Positions 1 to 13,199 of a stretch of 64,000 nt of DNA are shown here, piece by piece. The notes beneath the pieces were generated by a model, which saw only the letters and a list, made by a program, of their open reading frames with translations, had not been told where the DNA came from and made no database searches. Every line of letters starts with the position of its first letter. Positions within the stretch are counted from its first letter, which is position 1. The position numbers were made by a program, and so were the translations under genes. The stretch is taken from positions 4,898,001-4,962,000 of the forward strand of contig NW_027139453.1 of assembly GCF_035084215.1 (NCBI RefSeq), in the 5' to 3' direction. The DNA comes from Heptranchias perlo (taxonomy: Eukaryota).

Positions 1-930
1 CCATATACCCGCCTGAGCCCCAAATCCCTTCATAACTTTGGTTAACAAAGAGCGATCAATCTCAGTTTTAAAATTAACAATTGAGCTAGCATGAACTGTT
101 ATTTGCGGACGACAGTTCCAAACGTCTACCACCCTTTGCGTGTTGAAGTGTTTCCGAACTTCACTCCTGAAAATCATGGCTCTAATTTTTGGGCTATGTT
201 CTTTAGTCCGACACTCCCCAACCAGCGGAAATAGGTTTTCTTTATCAACCCCATCAGTTCCCCTTAAAATCTTGAAAACTTCGATCAAATCATCCCTTAA
301 TCTTCTAAACTCCAGAGAATATAACCCTAGTTTATGTAATCTCTCCTCGTAATTTACCACTTGGAGTCCAGGTATCATTCTGGTACATCTACGTTGCACT
401 CCCTCCAAGGCCAAAATATCCTTCCGAAGGTGTGGTGGCCAGAACTGAACACAATACTCCAGCTGTGGTCTAACCAGGGCTTTGTATGGCTGTAGAGTAT
501 CTTGTAACCCCTTGTATTCTAGTCCTTTAGATGGAAAGGCCAGCAATCCATTCGCCTTTTTGATTATTTTCTGTACCTGTCCATGACATTTTAATGATCT
601 GTGTACATGGACCCTTAAGTCTATTTGGACCTCCACTGTTTCAAGCTTTTCACCATTTAGAATTTTCTCTGATCTATCCTTCTTAGGTCCAAAGTGGATG
701 ACCTCACACTTGCGTACGTTGAAATCCATTTGCCACAATTTTGCCCATTAACTGAATCTATCAATATCTCTTTGTAATTTTATGCTTCCATCCACACTGC
801 TTACAATGCTTCCTATCGTTGTGTTATCTGCAAATTTGGATATGTAGCTCTCTATCCTGTCATCTAAGTCGTTAATAAAGACAATGAATAGTTGAGGCCC
901 CACCAGCCACATCCTGCCAATTTGAGTTCC
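1..930 (-). mobile_element. Degenerate CR1 LINE ORF2 3' fragment
   Basis: RT motif FINDLD...SKFAD(N)T and RPQLEYCVQFW-type sequence. Confidence 0.85.
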
Positions 931-987
931 TTTAAATGTGGAGGTTAATGTTGTGAATGCATATTTCATGAACTTTAGTCATCTTAC

Positions 988-1094
988 CTTAGTTTTCCAA
1001 GCGAGTATTGAGATGAAGGCTGCGTACAAGATGCTTTTACAGATCAGGATCAGATAGGACAATTTTGCTGTCCCCATGCTTTGCATTTTCTCTT
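988..1094 (-). CDS. TRBC: TCR beta constant region, transmembrane exon
   Basis: TAACAG acceptor, GTAAGA donor; translates (E)EKMQSMGTAKLSYLILICKSILYAAFISILAWKTK with the TCR-beta Y-x-I-L-x-x-K-x-x-L-Y transmembrane motif; phase 1 start matches the preceding exon. Confidence 0.93.
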
Positions 1095-1499
1095 CTGTTA
1101 AGTGAATACAATGAACAATGATGTCATTTTTGATCTCTCAAGGAAAAAACGCTGGCAAATTAAACACTTCCCATTTCAAGAGCCCCGTGTCAGCGTCATT
1201 TTCCAAATCCAGCTGTGACAGAACTGGTCAACAAAATCAGCTCTATTTTGACCCACGAACTTGCCCTGGGGCCTATCTCAATACCGCAAGTCTGTTCCAT
1301 TTTTTAAAAAAAACATTCGTGGGATGTGGGCGTCGCTGTCGAGGCCAACATTTATTGTTCATCCATTATTGCCGAATACGTGACATTTCCAATTTCGCAA
1401 ACTTCTCGCTCCTGGGGAGTGAGGAGGGTGCTCTCTGAGCGAGACAAATGTTTACCACCAAATTTTTGGTAATTTTTGCACTGGGAACTCATTAGGTTT

Positions 1500-2110
1500 T
1501 GAGTTGAGAGTCATCGTTAGCCGCCACTCAGATGGTAACACTCTCCCCTCTGAGTCAGAAGGTGGTGGGTTCAAGTCTTACTCCAGAGACTTGAGCACAT
1601 GATCCAGACTGACACTTTCGGTGCAGAACTGAGGGAGTGCTATACTGTCGGACCTTCAGTGCTGAGGGATTGCCGCCCTGTGGGAGGGCTAGTACAGAGG
1701 GAATGCTGTACTATTGGACAGGCAGTACTGAGGAAATGCTGCAGTGTTGAAGCTTCAGTGCTGACAGAGTGCTGCACTGCCGGAGGTGCCGTCTTTCGAA
1801 TGAGAGTTAAACCATGGCCTGGTCTGTCCTCTCAGTTGATGTAAATGATGCGACGGCCACTAGTGGAGGAAGAGCATAAGAGTTCTCCTCGGTGTCCCAG
1901 CTAATATTCATCTCTCAACCAACAGCTAAAACAGATTATCTGTTCATTTATCTCATTGCCATGCATGGGATCTTGCTGTGCGCAAAATGGTTTCCGCGTT
2001 CCCGACTATACAACAATGACTACACATCAACAAGTTATTTATTGGCTGCAAAGTGCTTTGTGAAGTACTGAGGTCGTGAAAGGCGCGAAATAAATGCAAA
2101 TCGTTCTTTG
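1500..2110 (+). mobile_element. tRNA-derived DeuSINE (SacSINE1-like) with internal ~33-bp repeats
   Basis: B-box-like GGGTTCAAGTC head, core TGGGATCTTGCTGTGCGCAAA, tail GAGGTCGTGAAAGGCGC; related copies near 4050-4330, 25800-26550, 33800-34830, 51470-52210, 56850-58030, 59160-59640. Confidence 0.7.
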
Positions 2111-2491
2111 ACTGGAGAAAAGAATTCCATCTCTCAGCCCAAGATCTCACAGAGTAAAGTGTAAGGTTTAAGACAGATCTACCCCCATCCAGGTCTTCCC
2201 TCTCCTGCATTACGGGGGAATTGCATTTCCTATGTGGGTGACATTAACCCAAGTCCCAGAGAAAACAGGATTTCGAAGCCAATCCATTGGAACTGATCTC
2301 GAAAGCCCGTTGACATGCAACGTTAACCCAACCTTAATATCCCCACAGATGTTGCTCATAAAGTTGAAAAAAAGAAACAACAGTTTGCAAATTTTGGAAG
2401 GAGAGAATATTTGAAATGATTGACACCGTAACAATGCTGGAATTCTCACACATGCGCTCAGATCACTTCAGAGAAGCAGTGGGAAACTCAC

Positions 2492-2512
2492 CTTTACTCA
2501 CACCACAGATTT
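2492..2512 (-). CDS. TRBC: TCR beta constant region, connecting-peptide mini-exon (21 nt)
   Basis: TTTTTCAG|AAATCTGTGGTGTGAGTAAAG|GTGAGT; encodes (E)ICGVSK with the inter-chain Cys; phase 1/1. Confidence 0.88.
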
Positions 2513-3249
2513 CTGAAAAAACAAGAATGAAGAGAGAGAATAAAGGGTTAGCATCAGAGTAGTTCATGAAATTACTTCATAGATTCAGATTATCATATTT
2601 GTAAGTCAGACTCCAGTCTAATATATTGTGGTCGTCGTTTCAATGGAGTTTTTAATTGATGTTTCCTGCGAACATTTATTCATTTATTTCTCTATTAATT
2701 CAATCATCAATTTATTTCGTTATTTCTTGAGTTTTACTTTATTTATTTCTTTAGTTGCTTCGTTATGTAAATATTGGTTTACTGATTTATTTTGTTATTT
2801 ATCAATTTACCGTTTCATCTATTATTTAGTTATTTATCGATTTTTGCTTTATTTATTGCTTGAGATGTTTAGTTATGTAAATATTGATTTACTGAATCAT
2901 CTATTTATTTACTTGCTAATTTATTCATTCAGCCATTCATAACGAAGTAACTTGCTCACACCCTGTATCTACTGACGGTAATGCAAACATTCTTTGCTCA
3001 AGATTTGCCTAAAGGATATCTTAGGTCATTAATTACGCATCGATTTCCATCCGAATCTGTGTACATTGTATATTATGGGCATACTGATATGAATTACAGA
3101 ACCTAGTTATACACGTGTTTATATGTCTGCAGGAATATGATTGAAAACGTATTTTCGAGTGATACATTCCGCCTTTATCAGTATACACATCCATTATAAA
3201 TTTCGATGTACACACTTATAATACAGATTGCCTTTGCAAACTTAAAAGG

Positions 3250-3930
3250 GGTGCAGCAACAGCGAAACCTAGGCGTTTACATACAGAAATCATTGAAAAT
3301 AGAAGGACAAGTTCATAAGTCAGTTAAAAAAGCATATGGGTGCTTGACATTATAAACAGAGGCACAGAGTACAAAGGCAAGGAAGTTTTACTGGTTGGGC
3401 CTCAGCTGGTGTATTGTGTTCAATTCTGGGCGCCACTCTTTAGGAAGGATGTCAAGGCCTCAGAAAGGGTGCAGAGGAGATTTACTGAACTGGTACTTGG
3501 GATGAGGGACTTCAAATACGTGGAGAGACTGGAGAAACTGTGATTTTCCTCCTTAGAGCAGAGAAGATTAGGGGGACATTGAATAGAGGCGTTCAAAATT
3601 ATGAAGGGTTTTGAGGAGAAACTGTTTCCATTGGCAGAAGGGTCGGAAACCAGAGGACACAGAGTTAAGGTGAATGTAAAAAGGTGAGATGAGGAGAATT
3701 TCGTTTTTACGCAGCGAGTTGTTATGATCTGCAATGCACTGCCTGAAAGGGCAGTGGAAGCATATTCAAAAGGATCTTTCAAAAGGGAGTTTGATAATTA
3801 CTTGAAGGGTGGGAAATTGCTGGGGTTTGGAGGAAAAACAGGGAAATGAGACTAATTGGATAGCTTTTTCAAAGAGCGTTCACAGGCACGATGGGTCGAA
3901 TGGCCTCATTCTGCTCTGTATGATTCTATA
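3250..3930 (+). mobile_element. CR1 LINE 3' fragment
   Basis: GPQLVYCVQFWAP...ERVQRRFT...ERLEKL and tail. Confidence 0.85.
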
Positions 3931-4380
3931 ATATCAATCAAAGATTGGGAACAGTAGGTGACGGTGACTAAATACAGAGAGTGACAAAACTGGCCCTGGA
4001 ATGAAGGCGTGATTATGAATGATGGGAGGTTAACCGAGGACCGTGTCTGCTCTATCAATTGAACTGAAAAGATCCCCCGGCTACGATTGAAAGAAGGGCG
4101 GGGTGTGTGGGGGAGGTGTGGGCGGTCTCCCCGGTGTCCTGGGGGCAACATTTATCCCTCAACCGACGATCTGGTCATTGTTTGTGAGAGCTTGCTGTGT
4201 TCAAATTGGCTGCCGGGTCTCCTACATTTCAGCAGTAACTACTCTTCAAAAAAGTGCATTATTAGCTGTAAAGCGCTTTGGGACACCCTGAGGTCGTGAA
4301 AGGCGCGATAGAAATCCAAGCTTTTTCTTTCTTTTAAGCTAAAAATAATCAAATGTTACGGATCTCATTAGTGCGCCTAC

Positions 4381-4725
4381 CAGCTTTGATATCTATTTTG
4401 GCTTTGAATGTTTCATGTTTTGATCCGATTTGGTAGTGCTCCACTTCACAAAGAACATTCTTAGACACAGCCCAATCCTTGGCTTCGAATCTCAGCCGAC
4501 TGCTGATGCTGTAGTGTTTACCCCCTTCCCCTGCGATGGAATTACTGTCGGTGTGAATGCTTGTATCTTTGGAGTCTTTCTTCTTGCCATCGACCAACCA
4601 ATGGATGTAAATGTTATCTGGGTAGAATCCGGTCACCAGGCAAACCACAGTCGCTTTCTCCTTTTTTTGGATCTCTTCGGGAGAGGGCTGGAACACAACG
4701 ACTTTGGGATCTTGAATCTCATGTT
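4381..4725 (-). CDS. TRBC: TCR beta constant region, Ig C1-domain exon
   Basis: AAACAG acceptor, GTAGG donor; (E)HEIQDPKVVVFQPSPEEIQKKEKATVVCLVTGFYPDNIYIHW...YSISSRLR...CEVEHY; hallmark Cbeta motifs; 345 nt, phase 1/1. Confidence 0.97.
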
Positions 4726-6329
4726 CTGTTTGGGATTTTGTTTAATTACATGGAGAAGAAAACAAGTTTAGTCAACAAGTCAATCTGCTCAATCATATTT
4801 TACATGGAATTTCATAGAATCTACAGCACAGAAACAGGCCATTCGGCCCAACTGGTCCATGCTGGTGATCATGCTGCACACAACCTCCACCGCTCCTCAC
4901 CCCTCTTCTTCTAACCCTCGTGTGTTTATCTCGCTTCCCCTTAAATGCATCAATGCTATTCGCCTCAACCACTCCACGTGGTAGCGAGTTCCACATTCTA
5001 ACCACTCTCTGGGTCAAGATGTTTCTCCTGAATTCCCTATTGGATCCACTAGTGATCATTTTATATTTGTTCTCCCTGGTTTTAGTCTCCCCCACAAGCG
5101 GAAACATCTTGTCTACGTCTATCCTGATAGGATTAGATGAAGAGGGGTGGCAGGAGGCTCGTGTGAAGCATAAACACCGGCATAGACCAGTTGGGCCGAA
5201 TGGCCTGGATCTGGGCTGTACATTAATGTGTACTCACACTTTACAAATGTTTTGATGGATTGCTAATCGTGAGCAGCCTTTAAACTGACTGAAGCTGACT
5301 GTTAATTTATGGAAGTTATGCTACAGTTGTATGAAGCTCTGGTCAGACCACATTTAAGGGAATGTGTTCAGGGCTGGGCACCGCACCTCAGGAAGGATAT
5401 ATTGGCCTTCGAGGGGGTGCATCCCATATTCAACAGAATGACACATGGGCAAAAATGATTGAATCATGAGGACAGGTTGCACAGACAAGGCTTGTATTCC
5501 CTCGAGTATAGAAGGTTAAGGAGTTATCTGATGGATGTGTTTAAGATGATTAAATGAGTTGATAGGGTGGATAGAGAGAAACTATATCCTCTGGTGGGGG
5601 AATATTTAGAGCTAGGCCGTTCAGGGGTGAAGTCAGGAAGTACTTCTTCACAAAAGGGTAGTGCAAATTTGGAACTCTCTCTTCCAAAACGCTGTTGAGG
5701 CTGGGGGATCAATTGAAAATTTCAAAGATTATATTGATAGACTTTTGTTAGGCAAGGGTTTTCAGGGTTAAGGAACCAAGGTGGTCAGATGGAGTTAAGA
5801 TACAGATGATCTAATTGTATAGCGGAACAGGCTCGAAGGGCTGTATGGCCTCCTCCTGTTCCTGTGTTCCAACCTATGTTTGATTAGACCAGACTACTCG
5901 GGATGTTGGCTCCTTTACAAAAATTGTTGACAGGGGTTTCCATCCGTTTCTAAATTTACAGCGGCCCTCCCGGGCTGTTTTTAGTTTTCAAATAATCACT
6001 ATGAGTTCAGGATTACGTTTTTGTATTTAACTTTGTGAAAATAAATGCATTTGGATTAACCAATGGAAGCGTAATTTGTCAGTTTCACATATTCCACATT
6101 GTTAATGTTGTATCATCGCGAAAGTAGAGAGTGGATTTCAGTACAGAGCACATTATTATAAAGCATTATGAAAACTCCTGGAGCATAATGATTTAAGAAT
6201 ACAACTTCGTCTGACAATAAATGGCACCAAATCTAACTCTCTGACACCATGTAACATGTTCTGTTCAACTAACTGCAGCATTTATATTTATCCGGTCTTT
6301 TCTATTCTATTCATTTCTTGATGGTTAGA

Positions 6330-7300
6330 ATTTAACAGAAGAGAAGTTACATTAAACTTGTATAGGACTTTGCTTAGACCACACTTGGAGCACTGTGCAC
6401 AGTTCTGGTCTCCATACACCTGGGTTAGACCACACTTGGAGCACTGTGCAAAATTGGTCTCCATATACCTGGGTTAGACCACACTTGGAGCGCTGTGCAC
6501 AGTACTGGTCTCCATATACCTGGATTACACTACACTTGGAGCACTGTGCACAGTTCTGGTCTCCATATACCTTGATTAGACCACACTTGGAGCACTGTGT
6601 ACAGTTCTGGTCTCCATATACCTGGGTTAGACCACACTTGGAGCACTGTGCATAGTTCTGGTCGCCATATACATTGATTAGACCGCATTTGGTGCACTTT
6701 TACATTTCTGGTCTCCATATACATTACTTTGACCACACTTGGAGTACAGAGAAAAGTACTACTCTCAATATTATAGAATGGTTTTAGAGGCACTGGAGAA
6801 GGTGCAAGAACGATTCAAAAGGATGATACCAGAACTAAGTAGGCTCTACTTATTCGGCAAGGCTGAACAGGCTGGGGAACTTTTCTCTCGAAAAGAGAAG
6901 GCTGAAGGATGACCTGATCGAGGTCTTACAGGTTATTAAAGGGTTCAATAGGGTAGACGAAGGGAAAATGTTTCTTCTTGTTAGGGAGACCAAAACTCGG
7001 GGTCATAAATAAAAGAAAATCATTACTAAATCCAATAGAAAATTCAGGAGTAACAGTTTTACCCAGAGAGTGGTGATAATGTGGAACTAGCTACCACAAG
7101 GAGTAGTTGAGGCGAATAGTGTAGATGGATTTAAGAGGAAGCTGGATAAGTACATGCCGGAGAAAGGGATAGAAGGACATGCTGATAGGGTGAGATGAAG
7201 AAGGGTGGGAGGAGGCTCGTTTGGAGCATGAACACAGGCATGGACCTGTTGGGCTGAATGACCTGTTTCTGAAATATAAGTTCGATGCATTTCTATGTAA
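6330..7300 (+). mobile_element. CR1 LINE 3' fragment containing a ~51-bp tandem amplification (6374-6750, ~8 units)
   Basis: Unit ttagaccacacttggagcactgtgcacagttctggtctccatatacctggg = VRPHLEHCAQFWSPY repeated. Confidence 0.88.
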
Positions 7301-7919
7301 TTTAACACTGTTGACGATCTGCACTATAAATCCCAGTCCTTTCATCTCTCTTAATCCAATCTTCCATTCCCTCTCGTTACTTCTCTTTCTGATTTGACTC
7401 GAATTCACCCCTTTGTAATTCACCCTCTTTCCCAGTCGTTCCTCTGTATCTTTCTCCATCATTAAATCTCAAGCTTTAGAGAGATACACTGTTGGTCCCG
7501 CCTTTCAGTAAGGACCCACAGGGCCCTGTAGGCTTCTCCCCGCCGTTGTCAGCTCGCACGTCCAGCAAGTAATAACGCAATTTTAAGGAAGGGTGCATAA
7601 AAAATCCTAAATAACGGCCGACACCTCGAGATACTGAAAGCAAATTGTCGGACTATGAATAGTGCAAATAAACGACAGGTGCGTGTCTCTCTCCCTCTGT
7701 GTTAGTTAAGGGCAGGGAGGAAGTCACAGATCAGGCTGAGGCACATTGTAGCGGAGATTAAATGGAATGATGTAACGTTTAATATTCATGTTATTATCAA
7801 ATGGAACCAAAATAATCTTTTTTCATTAGGTCAAGAGGTTAGCCATAACCCCCCATTGGAGGTCACCCAGTAACCATCAATCTGTAAGATGAATATAATG
7901 CTTTGATTCGTTCACCTAC

Positions 7920-7972
7920 CTAAAACTACTAACTTGGTCCCATCGCCAAACGTACACTCATAGCTGTTTGAA
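7920..7972 (-). CDS. TRBJ: TRBJ segment J10 (C-proximal), SNSYECTFGDGTKLVVL
   Basis: FGxG motif, GTAGGT donor; 12-RSS cacaatg(7973-7979)/12/cttaaaact. Confidence 0.92.
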
Positions 7973-8639
7973 CACAATGCTACAGGACAGTCTTAAAACT
8001 GCCAACTGGTTAGCAATTTAAAATGCACCGTCATCAGATAGATCCTCAAAACGGTAAACTTACATACTATTAATCTGTGATGTAAAGATAGCGAGTGTTC
8101 ACTCTGCAGCAACAACTTGCATTCATATAGCGTCTTCAACGTAATAAAACGTCCCAAGGTCATTCACAAGAGCATCATCAGACAAACATTGCCAGCGAGC
8201 GATATAAGGAGATATTAGGATGGGTGACCAAAAGCTTAGTCAATGAGATAGGTTTTAAGGAGCGTCTTAAAGTAGGAGAGAGTGGCGAAGAGGTTTAGGG
8301 AGGGAATTCCAGAGCTTAGGGCCTAGGCAGCCGAAGGCACGGCCGCCAATGGTGGAGCGATGGGAATCGGGGAGGCAACAATTAGAGGAGCACAGAGATC
8401 TCGGAAGGTTGAAGGGCTGGAAGAGGTTACAAAGACAGGAAGGGGTGACGACATAGAGGGATCTGAAAACAGGGATGGGAATTTTAATATCAAGGCGTTG
8501 ACAGAGCGGGAGCCAACGTAGGTCAGCGAGGGGAATCTGATGCCAAGTGTATGAAGCATTTTACAACATTTAAGTTCATCTTCATAACTCAAGCGTCCTT
8601 ATTTGGGGGGAACTACAAAAGCTTTAGTTCTGTAATCAC

Positions 8640-8692
8640 CTAACATGATCATTTTTGTCCCCTTGCTGAACTAATACTGACTATTCTCTGTA
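8640..8692 (-). pseudogene. TRBJ: TRBJ pseudogene J9, TENSQY*FSKGTKMIML
   Basis: J-sized, GTGATT donor, in-frame TAG, FSKG instead of FGxG, heptamer aacaatg (lost CAC) /12/ agtaaaacc. Confidence 0.8.
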
Positions 8693-8829
8693 AACAATGT
8701 TACCGGGCTGGAGTAAAACCACAGGCCTTCGAGGAACTCGGCTAATGCATTGTTGCAACATTTAACACGCAATCGACTGTTCATTCGAGTCCTTATATTC
8801 AGGGAGTTATGATATTAATTACAAATTCA

Positions 8830-10130
8830 CTTTAATTGGTAACTGATTAATTCCTGGGATGAAAGGGTTGTCCGATGAGGAGAGATTGAGTAGAATGGGC
8901 CTATACTGTCTGGAGCATAGAAGATTGAGAGGTGATCTAAATGAAAGATATAAGATTATGAGGGGGCTTAACAGGGTAGATGCTGAGAGGTTATTTCCCA
9001 TGGCAGAAGAGTCTAGAACGCGGGGGCACAGTCTCAGAATTTGAAAACTGAGATGAGGAGGAATTTCTTCACTCAGGGGATTGTGAATCTTTGGAATTCT
9101 CTACCTCAGAGGGCTGTGGATGCTGAGTCGTTTTATGTATTCAAGGCTGAGATCGATAGATTTCTGGACTCTAGGGGAATCAAGCGATATGGGGGTCGGG
9201 CAGGAAAGTGGAGTTGAGATCGAAGTTGAGCCATAATGTGATTGAATGGCGGGGCAGGCTCGGGTGGCCGTATGGCCTACTCCTGCTTCTATTTCTTATG
9301 TTCCTTCTTATGAACTGAATTTCAATATAGATAAGCGTGAGCTGGTGTATTTTGGTCGGAATATTAAAGAGGCCACATACAACTTGGATAATAAGAGACT
9401 AAATAGGACAGAGGAGCAAATCGATCTAATGGTACAGATACACAAATCACTAAAAGTAGCGTTGCTGGTTAATAATGCCATAAAGGCAAACCAAGCACTG
9501 AGATTCATTTCTAGAGGGATAGAATTGAAAAGCAGTGAAGTTATGTTAAACTTGTATAAAACGTTGTTCAGACCACACTTGGAGTACTGTGCACGGTTCT
9601 GGTCTCCATATTATAGAAATGATATAGAGGCAATGGAAAGCGTGCAAAAAAGATTCACAAGGATGTTACCAGAACTGGGAAGATATATTATCAGGAAAGG
9701 ATGATCAGACTGAAGCTCTTTCCTTTAGACAACAGAAGGCTGAGAGGTGACCTCATAAAGTGCATTGAGATAATCAAAGGGATTGATCGGGTAACGTAGA
9801 GGAAATGTTCCCATTTGTGTGAGAGTCTAAAAGTAGAGATCATAAATACAAAATTTTCGCTAATATATCCAACAGGTAATTCAGGAGAAACTTCTTTACC
9901 CAGGGGGTGGTTAGAATGTGGAACGCGCTACCAAAGGTAATAGTTGAGGCAAATAGCATAGATACATTAAAGGGGAAGCTGGATAAACACATGAGGGAGA
10001 AAGGAATAGAAGGACATGATGAGAGAGTGAGATGAGGTCGGGGGGGAGGTGGCTCATGTGGAGCATAAACACCGGCTCAGACCAGTTGGGCCGAATGGCC
10101 TGGTCTCTGCTCTAGTTTCATTGTAACCCG
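8830..10130 (+). mobile_element. Two adjacent CR1 LINE 3' fragments
   Basis: ERLSRMGLY..RRLRGDL and RPHLEYCARFWSPY motifs, CR1 tails. Confidence 0.85.
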
Positions 10131-11761
10131 ATGTGATTCTCTGTCGCACTCCAATCTGACCTCTCTGGCCTCGGCCTCCTCCATTGTTTCAATGAAGCTC
10201 AAACTCAAGGAACAGCGCCTCATCTTTTAACTAAGTATTTTACAAGCTTCCGGAGTCAATATTGAGTTCAACAACTTCAGATCATGAACACCGCTCCCAT
10301 TTTCTCCGACACCTCCCCTGGACCTATCTTTTAACAGAATCATAGAATCATAGAATGAGACAGCGCAGGAGGAGGCCGTACGGCCCATCGTGCCTGTGTC
10401 AGCTCTTTGAAAAAGCTATCCAATCAGTCCCATTCCACTGCTCGTTCCCCATAGCCCGACAAATGTTACCCCCCTCAAGTATTTACCCAATTCCGTTTTG
10501 AAAGTTATTATTGAATCTGTTTCCACCACCCTTTCAGGCAATGCATTCCAGATCAGAACAACTCACTGCGTAAAAGTGTTTTTCATGTCACCTCCTCTCT
10601 TCTGCCAATTATCTTAAATCTGTGCCCACTGGTTACCGATCTTTCTGCCACTGGGAACAGTTTCTACTTATTTACTCTATTAAAACCCTTCATGACTTTG
10701 AACACCTGTATTAAATCTCCCCTTAACCTTCTCTGCTGTAAGGAGAATAACCCCAGTTTCGCTATTTATATGATTATAAAAGACTTTGGGTTTCCTTTTG
10801 TGTTACCCGCTTAAATCTTCTCAGACACTGTACTTGCCCCTTTTATTTCCTTTCTCAGTTGTCCCCTGTACTTTTTGTATTCACCTTGTTTCTCTACTGA
10901 AATATGAACCTAACGTTTATCATAAGCCTCCTTTTACTATCCATTTTTTATCTCTATATCTTCAATCATCCGGGGAGCTCGAGCTTTGGGTGCTCTTCCT
11001 TTCCCCGCCATGGGAGTGTGTCTGGTCCGTACACGAACTCTCTCTACTTTGAAGGTGTAACATTGTTTCATTACTGTTTTACCTCTTGGTTTCTTTAATG
11101 TCCCATTACCACCACACTTTTTCCTTGCATCATCATTCTTTTTGTCATTTAATCACTCCTACCCTCCACCTTATCAACCGTTTGTTCTTTCCTCCCTTTC
11201 CCGACTGCAATCCCCCCGCCCCCGCCGCCCTTCAACCCGCACTCCCCCACCCCGCCTATTTTTCCCTGGCTCTACACTCACTAAAAGAATGTTAAATATC
11301 CAACTTATTTCAGTTCTAGTGAAAGGTCATCGACCTCAAACGTTAACTCTGTTTCTCTCTCCACAGAAGCTGCCTGACCTGCTGAGTGTTTCCGGCATTT
11401 TCCGCTGGTATTTTAGAATTCCAGCATCTGCAGTATTTAGGTTTTGTTATGAAACATATTATGATTTGTTACTTTCCATTTTTGGGAAGAACAATTATAT
11501 CCATTTGTGTACTAGAATAACCTGCAACTGTTTAATTTTCCCTCTATGAAAATTAACATCTTTCTCTGTATATTTTACATTAAAGTCACCAGTTCTTATT
11601 TTGCAATGAGCCCTGTTTTAATACTCATTCGATTGCCCGTCTGAAATGTCTATTTTAGAAATAAGGCGGAATGATCCATTGTTCTGTGCAATTTTTCGGT
11701 TGCAAATCGGAAACTATAAACAGCAGAAGCTACAATCGTTTTATTTTAAACTTCAACTCAC

Positions 11762-11814
11762 CCAACTCCGTCAGTTTAGCCCCGTCACCAAAGAAATAAT
11801 CGTCGCCTTCAGAA
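11762..11814 (-). CDS. TRBJ: TRBJ segment J8, SEGDDYFFGDGAKLTEL
   Basis: FGDG, GTGAGT donor; cacaatg(11815-11821)/12/agcaaaact. Confidence 0.92.
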
Positions 11815-12136
11815 CACAATGGTTTAACCCAGTAGCAAAACTAATCTGACCCCTAAAGCTGCGGGGTATTGGGGGATTATAAAGGTCATGTTTGTTTGTC
11901 CACAACAAGCTAAAAATTAGAAATTCCCCATTTTTAACCACGTTTCCTTGCATACAATTCAAGAATTAGCCTTGAACCTTCTCTCCCTCTCTCACTCTCT
12001 CTCTCTCTCTCTAGTCTGGTAGCGTCCATATCTTAAAATATTGAAAATAAAACAGTCTTTCAGGAACCTTCAAGCTCTTTCCTACGAATCTTGACAACAT
12101 GCATTTTCAGAGTTGACCCAACATTTCTCGACTCAC

Positions 12137-12186
12137 CGATCACCATCAATGTGATGCCACTTCCGAAGTAATATTGATTTCCAGAA
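12137..12186 (-). CDS. TRBJ: TRBJ segment J7, SGNQYYFGSGITLMVI
   Basis: FGSG, GTGAGT donor; consensus heptamer cacagtg(12187-12193)/12/atcaaaacc. Confidence 0.93.
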
Positions 12187-13199
12187 CACAGTGAGAGACT
12201 TTTGTATCAAAACCTCCTGAGGCTAGATTGGTGTTTTGCCCTTTATTACAATTGGCCCCATATTCATGTTATCTGCTTTCTTTAATTGATACATTATCAA
12301 CTCTACATTTCTAGTTTGCGAACAAACTCAAAGAATCATAAAATGATACAGAATAGAAGGACGCCCATCGTGCCTGTGCCCTGCTCTTTGAAAGAGTTCT
12401 CCAATTAATCCCACTCCCTTGCTCTTTCCCCGTTGCATCTGAAAATTTATCCACTTCCAGTATTGATCCAATTCCGTTTTGAAAGTTACTATTGAATCTA
12501 TTTTCACCGCCCTTTCAGGCAGCGCATTGCAGATCAGAACAACTCGCTGAATTAACAACAAAATCGCCTCATCTCGCCTCTGGTTCTTTTGCTAATTATC
12601 TTAAATCTGTGTCCTCTGGTTACCAAACCTTTTGCATAGAAACAGTTTCGCCTTACTTACACTATCCAAATCTTCACGATTTTGAACACCTCTATTAAAT
12701 CAACCCCTTAACCTTCTCTGCTCTATGGAGACAAGCCCAGTTTCTCCAGTCTCTCCACATAACTGAAGTCCCTCATCCCTGGCACCATTCTAGTAAATCT
12801 TCTCTGCACTTTCTCCAAGATCTTGATACCCTTTGCGATGTGTGGTGGCCAGAATGGGACGCTACACTGCAGCTGGGGTAATTTATAAAGGTTTTCCTTG
12901 TTCAATTCCTTATAAATCCTTAATATTTGAATGTTCTTTTCATCTTTATCAAATTTTCATTGCAAACCCCTTGACTCTTTATCGTTCTAGCTCAGTCACC
13001 TCAGCAACTCGCGTTAAACATTAGGTACAGGATTAGATCATTCAGCCTCTGATATCATTGATAGTTATCACAAGGCGATTCCCACAGGCACAATGGGTCA
13101 GCAATTTTGTTTTCGGAAATATTTGATATTCCATATCGGGTTCAGAAGCAATCGATGGAATCGAAGCATGAATAAGATTATGGTTACACTCATGTGTTC

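Noticed and set aside
7660-7760. J-C intron enhancer (CAGGTG, GAGGAAGT)
   Set aside because: Short motifs expected by chance; needs conservation or chromatin data
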